This document shows positions 34,194 through 44,546 of a DNA stretch of 60,000 nt, in pieces. Both the position numbers and the translations under genes were made by a program. Below the pieces are notes generated by a model. That model had not been told where the DNA came from. It did no database searches and saw nothing but the letters and a program-made list of their open reading frames with translations. Position 1 is the stretch's first letter, and the number at the start of each line of letters is the position of its first letter. The stretch lies in the NCBI RefSeq assembly GCF_037042905.1, contig NC_087251.1, positions 21,454,001 through 21,514,000 on the forward strand, in the 5' to 3' direction. Origin of the DNA: Lytechinus pictus (lineage: Eukaryota).

Positions 34194-36297
34194 GGTGCCA
34201 GGTAAAGATGGCAGAGGTAAAAATGGCAGAGGTAAAAATGGCAGAGGTAATAATGGCAGAGGTAAAAATGGCAGAAGTAATAATGGCAGAGGTAAAAATT
34301 GCAGAGGTAAAAATGGCAGAGGTAAAAATGGCAAAGGTAATAATGGCAGAGGTAAAAATGGCAGAGGTAAAATTGGCAGAGGTAAAAATGGCAGAGGTAA
34401 AAATGGCAGAGGTAATAATGGCAGAGGTAAAAATGGCAGAGGTAAAAATGGCAGAGGTAATAATGGCAGAGGTAAAAATGGCAGAGGTAATAATGGCAGA
34501 GGTAAAAATGGCAGAGGTAAAAATGGCAGAGGTAAAAATGGCAGAGGTAATAATGGCAGAGGTAAAAATGGCAGAGGTAAAATTGGCAGAGGTAAAAATG
34601 GCAGAGGTAAAAATGGCAGAGGTAAAAACGGCAGAGGTAAAAAGAGCAGAGGCATAAATGATAAGAGGTAAAAATAGAAGATATGATAATGGCAGGGGTA
34701 AAAGTGGCCGAGGTACACTATTGGAAAAAACAGTAGATTCTACAGATAAAAAATTAAAAAACAGGTTTTACAGAAAAAAACAAATAATTTTGTAAATTAT
34801 AATAACAGGAGGATTTTGCACAATGTTTCTACAATTTTACAGAACAGATGTTTTAAAAAAGGGGAAAACAGTTTTATTACAATAAATTTGAAAGGGTACA
34901 CGCACAAAATACAAATTTTCTGTAATTTTACACAAATGAATGTAAGATTACACAGTGCAGTAAGATAACAAGTGTTCTCCAGACTCTGTTGCAGGAGTTT
35001 TTGATTTTTAAGTATAAATTTTCTAACAGTGTAAAAAATGGCGGAGTTGAAAATGGCAAAGGTAAAGATGGCAGAGGCAAAAATGAAAGAGATATGGGGT
35101 GCTGGTTTGTTAAAAAGCCGAGAAAAAAGTTTTCACTCCAAAATGAAAGGGGATTTGGTTAAGGGGGAAAATGACACAAAAAATTATTTCAACTAAATGA
35201 AGTTCTCTTAGGTAAGAAAAAGAATTACAACAAAAATAATAACAATTTGATAACAAACACTTTTTTTTCTTCTGTTTGAAAAATAACAGAGATTTGTATC
35301 AAATCTCTACATTTTAGCATACCAATCTAATTACCAAGAGGGTGCTGCTTATGGTGTACAAAATACCCAACAGCACTTCCGCTTCCAAGGGTTATGACCA
35401 TCAAGCCGTTTATATCATATTGGATGCAGTGGTTAAGGTTCAGGGTCTTCTTTTATGCAAAGAATCTGAACCAGACGGCCCCCCTCGATCGACCCCAGAT
35501 TGGTTTACCAGTCAAAGCAAGATTATTATTGATTTTCATTATCAGTTACATATTCAGTGCCAAGCCTGGGAACGCATGCTTATTGTCATTCAAATATTCA
35601 AAAAGAATAGTACAGACGACATTACAAATAAGGACATAATATTTAACCACAATCATTCGTGACAATTTCCACGTCTAAGCTTTCCCCGCTATGTTCTCTA
35701 TGTTTTTCCCCGCCCCCTAACCCTCTCTGTCTCTCCACCTCTCTTATGTCTACTCTTCCTCCTTTTTGCATCGGTAAACCTGGCAAAACTTTAGATAATT
35801 ATTAAAAAAACAGCCAGACAAAAAGGAATGTTATAAAATGATGAATGAGAATAGTGCAGTTTCATTTTGCTCCTGATAATTGAATGAAAAAATATCTGTC
35901 GTTTGATTTCTTTTTAAAAAGTGTTCACGGTACACCTCCAACGAATTCGTAAATAGCATTGTTAGGCCGATGAAGACATAATGATATGATGAAATGCCTA
36001 ACCGTGACATGCACTTCTAATTTACTCTATGTACATGCGGGTGCTTATTGACAATTCATTGCATGGGGGTTTAAGACTGGCCATATTTTACCTAGAGCTG
36101 TCATTTTTACCTCTGCCATCTTTACCTCTGCCATTATAACCCCTGCCATTTTTACCTCTGCCATTTTTACCTCTGTCATTTTACCTCTGCCATTATTACC
36201 TCTGTCATTATTACCTCTGCCATTTTTACCTCTGCCATTTTTACCTCTGCAATTTTTACCTCTGCCATTATTACCTCTGCCATTTTTACACCGAGCC
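34194..36297. mobile_element. Foldback (TU-like) element with inverted 15-bp minisatellite arms
   Basis: (GGCAGAGGTAAAAAT)n on the left, (ATTTTTACCTCTGCC)n on the right; flanking direct repeat CTTAAAAG(G) at 34186 and 36298. Confidence 0.85.
34716..35031. mobile_element. CACT-terminal MITE nested in the left foldback arm
   Basis: TA-CACTATTGGAAAA ... TTTTCTAACAGTG-TA; the 15-bp repeat resumes right after it. Confidence 0.75.
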
Positions 36298-36298
36298 C

Positions 36299-37009
36299 TT
36301 AAAAGGATGGTCCAGGTTGAAGATATTCATATCTCAATACATAGAGTAAAATTCACAGATCAAAGTGCTGAAAATTGGATCGAAATTGGATAACAAATAA
36401 CGAAGTTATTGAATTTTAAAGATTTGCATTATTCCGGGGAAACAGTTCTAAACATGTCTTTATGAATATTCATTAGGTTGGCTGATGATGTCATATCCCC
36501 AATTGTTCTTTTGTATTTTATTGTATGAAATTAGGTTTATACCAAAATTTTCTACCAAGAACTAAAACAGTTGGATTGACAACTGAATAAATGCATTATA
36601 TATTTATTGCCGCAACTTTTTTTCATCACAATGGAGTCACATCATTTACACAAGTATGAAAAATGAAACATTTATGATTTCTATATATTTATTGCCGCAA
36701 CTTTTTTTCATCACAATGGAGTCACATCATTTACGCAAGTATGAAAAATGAAACATTTATGATTTCATGTAATAACATAAGAAAAAGGAAAGTGGGGGAT
36801 GTGACATCATCAGCCCACCTAATGAATATTCATGACGACTTGCATATAACTGTTTTCACAAAATATTGATAAACTTTAAAATTCAATAACTTCGTTATTT
36901 GTTATACGATTTTGATGAAATTTTCAGCATTTTGCTTTGTGAATTTTACTCTATTTGTTCAGATATAAATAATAATAAATAATAATTTCAGCCCGAACCA
37001 TCCCTTTAA
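36299..37009. mobile_element. Kolobok/T2-like MITE, copy with an ~85-bp internal tandem duplication
   Basis: TTAA-AAGGATGGTCCAGG ... CCCGAACCATCCCT-TTAA; 36598-36682 repeated at 36685-36766. Confidence 0.87.
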
Positions 37010-40000
37010 TAGACAGCGCCCTGGCGGAATAAAGGTAGAAAAGGGGATTGAATTCCTCAATCTTCATTCTACAGAGAATCGTTAACGGTCGATGCGGTTT
37101 ATTGAAGCATCGCGCAAAATACGGCTTTTCATACTTCTTGGGGGTGGTTAATCCGTTTATTTGCTAGGCGGAACGTGAGTTAATAGGATCATTCGCTCTG
37201 TAGAAACAGGTAGGTCGGTGCAATACGGTTTTCGGTTCCGGAAAAGATACGATTCTGTGCAGAAACGCGCCGATTTAGGCGATAAAACCACGAGTTGATG
37301 CCTCCGCCACTCCGTGCGCCGTCTCAACAGATACTCGCTCAAATCTAACCCTGGTAAGATTTACATGGTAACAGATGCCTCCTCCCCCCCCAAAAAAAAA
37401 AAAAAAAAAAAAAGAGAGAGAGAGAGAAGAAGATGAAAGGGGGAAAGGAGGAGGAAAAAGAACAGAAATAATGAGGGAAGAAAGGGAGGGAAGAGGAAAA
37501 GGAGTAGAAAAAAAGGAAGGGAGAGTGAAATTTGAGTATACAAACCAAAACAATTGAACAGATACAAATACTTTTGCAAAAACACGGATGAGAAAAAAGT
37601 TTTGAAAACTATCCCCGCCCCCTCACCTCCTTCCCTTCCGAACCCCTGCCAGCTACCTTGTCACGTAACCATTATACAGATTGATAATATTCCAGGCAAA
37701 AAAACACATGGACCTTAATGATTACTACTGGATTGGTCACAGTTGTTGAATACAGAAGGACATTGTCACATAAGGTCAATAGACAATTCTGTCGATAATT
37801 GAAACAAATTAACTTAAGTTATTTCATAATCCCTACTTTACACAACTGTTTCACAATAATGTCCGATGTGATCCATCTCAGCAGAACCAACCAAAGCGGT
37901 TTCAATCCTGAAGGACATTAATCATGCTCTCGTGATGTTTTTCATGGACATTCAAAAGAAAGATTAATGCTTTATTTTCCTTGTATCAAACCATGGACCT
38001 ACTCACAGAATAGTCTGAGAAGTGTTGAAGTGATATTTTGACCCCCCCCCCCCCGGATAAGAAGGTCAATAGACATTTCTGTCGTTATTAGCGGGAATCA
38101 AAGAATAAATGAGTCCAAAAGCAGCATTACAATTGTGCTATTCTTGTAAGAGGTTTTAAGCTATTATTTCTTGTTCATCTTGCATCAAAGTTTCATATTC
38201 TAATTTTAAAAAAATTTGTAATGAAAGTTCATTCATGTAGATATTCATTCCTTTAATCGAAGCGACTGTAAACACATTTTCACTTTTTTTGTTAAGTATT
38301 TGTGTCTCAACTGTCAGAAATGGGAGTGATTAATTATCTGAAATTCATTATTGTTGTATATTTTGGTATACTTTTGTACAAATTTTGTCTGTCATACATG
38401 TTTGAAACTCGATACATGATTTTAACTGCAAATATTTTGCGCCATTTTTCCGAGAGTAGCACGCTATTATCTTTTATCCATATAAAGTTGTAACAGTGTA
38501 TAAATGTTGTCTGTTGTAAGTTATTACACCGCAAAAAAAGGTTTGGAAATGTTTTTGTTCTTCAACACCGCCGTGATTGGCAGACCATTTTTTATGAATT
38601 AGTTCACGGATGAGCTCAATAAGGGGTAAACTATCGATTCTGGTGTGACCAACAGTTGCTCGAACTCTGACCAGCTGTTAGAATTTTGACCATCAGTGAG
38701 TTACTAAAAATTCGTTGATCAAAATATTTGCTCACATGTTCAATAAATAATTTGAGAGTATTGCCGAACATTCTTTGCTGTGTATTAATGAAAACTTTGG
38801 TCATAATATAACGCACCTGATATGAAGTACGTTTAAACTAACCCTTTCGTTTTTTTAGAATTGATCATGTTGATAGATTGGCCAATACGCCAGTGTATAA
38901 ATAGGGCGATGAAGGAGACAATCTGATCCTGATTGCCTATTAACCATTATTATGAATGAAATAAGGATTGAAATAAGAATACGTTCACATCTTTTGTTTG
39001 ACAAACCCAGACATTTGTCATTTATTTTTACAACTTTTATACACACTCTTTGAGAGACGGCAATGAGTCAAATGTATTCTGATATTGTATTACAATGTAC
39101 ACATTTTTATTTACTTCATTTCCAATTACATATACGACAAATGTTAAATTAAAAAGAATACTATAAAGCAATTTTAAGTAACCTTATCTTTTTTCAAATA
39201 AACAAGGCTTATTACAGTGTTTTTTTTTCAAATAAAAAAGGAAAATCATCGCTTTAACATAATTTGTGATTATTCCCAATGGATTTTCTGCTTGCTTTAT
39301 ATTAACAAATCTATAATGGCCGCTTCGAGGTAAATCATTTACTGATTGATTGCTAAATTAACATTTGAATCGAGGGCCGATCTTCACACAAAACCACTGG
39401 AATATGCCAATTTCTTGTATTATTGCACTTCATTCATACATAAATTTAAGGCATTTATAATTTGAATTGGACTTTGGACGATGGATTTGGATAAGGAAAG
39501 CGTATAAATCTCAGTAGTCCACGGTTTGTATAATTGAAAGCTCTTCAATACAGCCCTTACCAAGTTTATGACATCCCTGAAAGGAACGCCACAGCAGAGC
39601 CAATGTCAAGTTAGTTGTATATCCTATGCCTGGAATCAATCGCATCTAAAACACAACATTACTTAGAACTGCGGTTCGTGTGCAAAATTCTTGTTAATAC
39701 TACATGTATGGTAACAGCGACATGTCTCGATCAACGCATGCATTGTGAGGTACGTGCCGTGGCGCCTGGCAAGACACATTTGAGGTTCGATCCCAGGGTG
39801 GCGCCTTATTTCCGTAAGCTAATACTTGTGCATACACATGTTTCTGAAAATCGCATATTTTCTCGGTTTTGGAGGGGGAAAAATGATGTATGTCTGCAGG
39901 CACAGATCTGATTGAAACTTTGATCAATAAATGGGTTCTGAGACAAGACTAGCACAACGACAACGTGGTTGCAAAGAAAAGGAAAGGAAAGAAAAGAAAA

Positions 40001-40400
40001 GCAAGGGAAAGGAGAGAAAAAAAAGAAAAGAAACACGAAATAATAAAATATAAAAAAGGAAAAATAAGACTAAGGAAAGAGAAACAAAAGAAAAGAATAA
40101 ATAGAAAAGGAAAAGAGGGGGAAAAAGAAAAGTAAATAGAACATAAAAAAATAAAGCAGTGGCAAAAAAGTAATTTCTTGACTGGTTGCCAGCCAAATCA
40201 AATTAAAAGAGAAGGTACGTACGACAGTGGAAGTTCACGAGTCGGTGCACCGCGGTGGTCCGTATTCTCAAAAAGAAATTTCATTTGTACCGTGCTACAA
40301 AACCATGGGATTGGCAGATTTCTCGCATTATTGCACTTCATTTAAACATGAATTTTGCACATTTATAATTGTACTTTGGACGATAGAATTTTGCGATGAC

Positions 40401-40628
40401 TTAAAGGGATGGTCCGGGCTGAAAATATATCTAAATAAATATATAGTAAAATTCACAAAGCAAAATGCTGAAAATTTCATCAAAATCGGATAACGAAGTT
40501 ATTGAATTGAAGTTTATCAATATTTCTTGAAAACATTTATGTGCATATCGTCATGAATATTCATTAGGTGAACCGGGCTGATAATATCACACCCCCACTT
40601 TCCTTTTTCTTATGTTATTACATGAAAT
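40401..40628. mobile_element. Kolobok/T2-like MITE, truncated (one arm)
   Basis: TTAA-AGGGATGGTCCGGGCTGAAAAT... Confidence 0.8.
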
Positions 40629-41172
40629 ATATATATATCTTAAAGTTTCACGTATTGGCTTCAGTAAGGTAAAAAAATAATGCTTTGATTGCCAATAAAG
40701 TTTTTATTGGCAATCAAAGCATTATCATCAGCATTATTTTGGCGGGGGTATCTGAATTTTTCAAAAAGAAAATAACATGCCTAAAAAGTTCAATATCTGC
40801 TCTTTTTTTCTGTACCTTAATCAAAGAAAATGGTCAAGAATTTAAAAAGTTCTGTTCCCTCGAAACAATGCTTGTATTTCCATAATTTCATTAAATAAAC
40901 GTGTTTTCACCGGTTTCCCACTGCAGAAGCTATCGCACGGTTGACAAAAGACTGAACCATCTTATCGGTTTCCTTCATTTGTTATTAAGATATATCAGGA
41001 ATATACAAAATAGTTTAAGCGGCTACTATTCGATATAATTCACCAGTATGCTTGGATGAAGAAATTCCCTCATTAAATCAGCTCATTTGCCTAAAGCCTC
41101 CTTCCGAACTAATCATCAGGACCAAGGTTTGTCTGTCTTCATACCGGACTTAATCTTGTGAAAGAGTAAACA

Positions 41173-42065
41173 ATATCATATCCAAGGGCCCAAGTACCTA
41201 CTTATTCCATTCTCAAAAATTCTAGATGTTCAATATTTAACTCGCGACCCAACAACAGCACATACAAGAGCCTATCAAGTTAAATGAACAAGAAGGCAAT
41301 TAAGGCATGATGCAAAACAACCATTTTCCGACTCACCCTTGACGAGTGGCATGTATAAAGGAGGTACACAATGTATTAACATCAAGCATTGTAACTGATC
41401 TTCAGTTTTGAACGAACATAGTGACATTCCAGATGCAGTATATCAGACCCACTCATAACAATGTGGATTTTTCCCTGTCGAGTGAATGTATCGTGACTAT
41501 CATTAAAAAAAACAATTAAGGTGAATTTATACCTTTTGACATTCCACTTTTAATAATATGTTCATAACTTGCGAAATACGAACAGACAGTATGCCTGATC
41601 AACTGAGTGTTGCCAAGTGGCATGTTTAAAAGTGTAACGAGTGATCAAACAACAGAAAAAATGTGCCTAATCAATATAACACTTGACATAGATAGCATCG
41701 ATTCCATTTATCGTGATTAATTCGATCAAGTTCAATAAACAATTCTACTTTAAGGCATGATGCAAAACAGTCATTTTCCTATATCATATCCAAGGGCCCA
41801 AGTACCTATTTATCCCATTCTCAAAAATTCTAGATGTTCAATATTTAACTCGCGACCCAACAACAGCACATATAAGAGCCTATCAAGTTAAATGAACAAG
41901 AAGGCAATTAAGGCATGATGCAAAACAAACATTTTCCGACTCACCCTTGACGAGTGGCATGTATAAAAGAGGTACACATTGTATTGATCTCAATCATTGT
42001 AACTGATCTTTTAGAGCGAACATAATGGCATACCGATGCAGTATATCAGACCCACTCTTACAATA
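41173..42065. repeat. Direct repeat of about 290 bp (41173-41463 and 41781-42065)
   Basis: ATATCATATCCAAGGGCCCAAGTACCTA...GATGCAGTATATCAGACCCACTC occurs twice with few differences. Confidence 0.9.
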
Positions 42066-42645
42066 ATTGGAATGTGCAATTCTGGTATACAAAGTATAAA
42101 TACGGTATCGTGTCAAATCTTTTTTTAACCGACACTCCACCCTGATAAATGTGAAAGTTTGGATGAATAAAAAATGATCATTTAGACTTAGTCAAATTGA
42201 CTGACACTTGCGGAGTGGCATGATTATGTGCGATAGTCCAGGGTTAAGGCGTTAACCCCGGCTAAGCAAATACGTAGTATGGGGTTAAGAGAGGCAGTGT
42301 GGAACCAATAAAAGATAGTATGGGGTTAAATATAGTTCGGGGTTAAGGAAGGATAGTATGGGGTTAAGGAAATGCAGTGAGAAAAGCATATTACTTGCTT
42401 TATGCAATTAATGAGATGAACCAGAGAATGGCATCTCCCTGGATCATCATCCAGTCATGTCCCATCAAATCATGTCCCACTCAAGAGAGCAATAGTCCTA
42501 CCTTCCAATATTTACGCAAGAGTTCGGTCACACTACCGGCTTTCGCACCGTACTCCAAGCCGATACAAAATCGATCATTGCCAAGCGGCTCAGCAGGTAT
42601 GGTCGTGCGGTCGCATGAGGATAAAAGCTGACGGCATTTGACTCT

Positions 42646-42788
42646 ATGGTGTCGACATCTAAACCGACGATGAGCGCCGTCGTATCTTTGGGCGACTGGG
42701 ACGACGTCCTTTTCGCTATTATGCTCTTAATTTCTGCCATCATCGGCATTTACTCGGCCTGTTCCTGGGACAAACAACGGACTGCCGA
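42646..42788 (+). pseudogene. Truncated duplicate of gene 2 exon 1 (pseudo-exon) with its upstream region from about 42234
   Basis: [47 protein letters not shown] nearly identical to 44205 onward; homology stops at about 42788, with no splice donor. Confidence 0.88.
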
Positions 42789-42935
42789 ATTTGATAAAGT
42801 TTTAACCAATTGTTGTGAGGACAGTACGTTGCCCAACATTTTTTTAAGAGTGTATGATACGAGTTAGTTTGCCAGTATAGACTCTGATTAAAACTGATCA
42901 TTAGTGTATCCTGGAACGAGACTACAAGATAACTA

Positions 42936-43290
42936 ATATGCTTTTCACATTGCACTTTTTTCCCTTAACCCCGGGAAATTGGTGGGGTTAAGGGAGGGTC
43001 TTTGGCCCTGCCAAAAAGCAGGGTTTGTCGGCTTTTTGTGGTGCTAGCACCACAATTGCGGTGCTAAGAGATGCAGTGTGAAACCGGGCTAAGGAAAAGT
43101 GGGGCTAAGCAATAGCCAATCACAGAAGTCGAAATTGCACATTAATCATGCTCTGTGTGGCTAAATCATCAATGTTCATGAGCTGTTTTGATAGGGTGTT
43201 AACCCCGGCAAAGCAAATAATATGTGATTAAGGATAGTCAGGGGTTTAGGATAGTACGGGGTTAAGGAAATGCAGTGAGAAAAGCATATT
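42936..43290. mobile_element. MITE with TGCTTTTC.CA.TGCA TIR and GGGGTTAAG subrepeats (right-half copy at about 42234-42392)
   Basis: AATATGCTTTTCACATTGCA ... TGCAGTGAGAAAAGCATATT; absent from the homologous inverted copy at about 45400. Confidence 0.8.
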
Positions 43291-43376
43291 ACTTGCTTTA
43301 TGCAACATATTACTTGCTTTATGCAATTAATGAGATGAACAAGAGAATGGCATCTCCCTGGATGAACAGTGACGAG

Positions 43377-43966
43377 TTAAAAAGGGATGGTCCGGGCTGA
43401 AAGTATTTATAGCTTAATAAATAGAATAGAATTCACTGAGCAAAATGCCGAAAATTTCATCAAAATCGGATAACAAATTACAAAGTTATTGAATTTTAAA
43501 GTTTAGCAATATTTTGTGAAAACAGTCGTCATGAATATTCATTCGGTGGGCTGATGATATCTCCACTTGTTCTTTTGTATTTTATTATATGAAATTAGGT
43601 TTATTCAATTTTTTTTCCTCCAAGAACTAGAAAAATTGGATTGACAACCGATTTAGTGCATTAGAAATGTATTGCTGCAACTTATTTCATTATAAGGGAG
43701 ACATATTATTCACAACAAGTATGAAATAATGATAAAAATATGATTTTATGTAATAATATAAGAAAACGGAAAGTGGAGATGTGACATCATCAGCCCACCT
43801 AATGAAAATTCATGACGACTGTTTTCATAAAATATTGCTAAACTTTAAACTTCAATAACTTTATTATTTGTTATCCAATTTTGATGAAATTTTCGGCATT
43901 TTGCTTAGTGAATTCTACTCTATGTATTTAAGATAGAAATATTTTCAGCCCGGACCATCGCTTTAA
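43377..43966. mobile_element. Kolobok/T2-like MITE about 240 bp upstream of the gene 2 ATG
   Basis: TTAA-AAAGGGATGGTCCGGGCTGA ... TCAGCCCGGACCATCGCT-TTAA; the empty site is visible in the inverted copy at about 45335. Confidence 0.92.
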
Positions 43967-44204
43967 CATCATCATCCAGTCATGTCCCATGAAATCATGC
44001 CCCACTCAAGAGAGCAATTGTCCTACCTTCTGATATTTACGCAAGAGTTCGGTCACACTACCGGCTTTCGCATCGTACTCCAAGCCGATAAAAAATCGAT
44101 CATTGCCAAGCGGCTCAGCAGGTATGGTCCTGCGGTAGCATGAGGATAAAAGCTGACGGCATTTGACTCTATGCTCACATATGGTCTCGACATCTTAACC
44201 GACG

Positions 44205-44546
44205 ATGAGCGCCGTCGTATCTTTGGGCGTCTGGGACTACGTCCTTTTCGCTATTATGCTCTTAATTTCTGCCATCATCGGCATTTACTCGGCCTGTTCA
44301 GGGGACAAACAACGGACTGCGGATGAGTATTTCCTGGGAAATCGTAAAATGCACGTTGTCCCAGTCGCACTTTCAATGATGATTACCTACATATCTGCTA
44401 TGTCGGTCCTAGGCATACCGGGAGAGATCTACTTGTTTAATACTATGTATATGTGGAATATCCTCGGGTATGGTATAGGAGCACTTGTCTCTGCCCAATT
44501 GTTTGTACCCATCTATTTTGAATTGGAATTGACGAGTATATACGAG
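44205..44546 (+). CDS. Gene 2 coding exon 1 (342 nt)
   Basis: [28 protein letters not shown]...ELTSIYE|gtttgt. Confidence 0.94.

Noticed and set aside
33973..34718. GKNGR / MAEVK / LPLPF repeat proteins
   Set aside because: A 15-bp stop-poor minisatellite is open in several frames; it is the arm of a foldback element.
35342..35662. 106-aa ORF in the foldback interior as a transposase or cargo gene
   Set aside because: No recognisable motif, non-ATG start, no clear splice context.
37014..37030. CTCF-like site CAGCGCCCTGGCGG between the genes
   Set aside because: Two bases short of the CTCF core spacing; cannot be supported without a PWM scan or ChIP data.
42240..43270. GGGGTTAAG repeats as interstitial telomere
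   Set aside because: Not tandem TTAGGG; these are dispersed subrepeats inside a TIR-bounded MITE.
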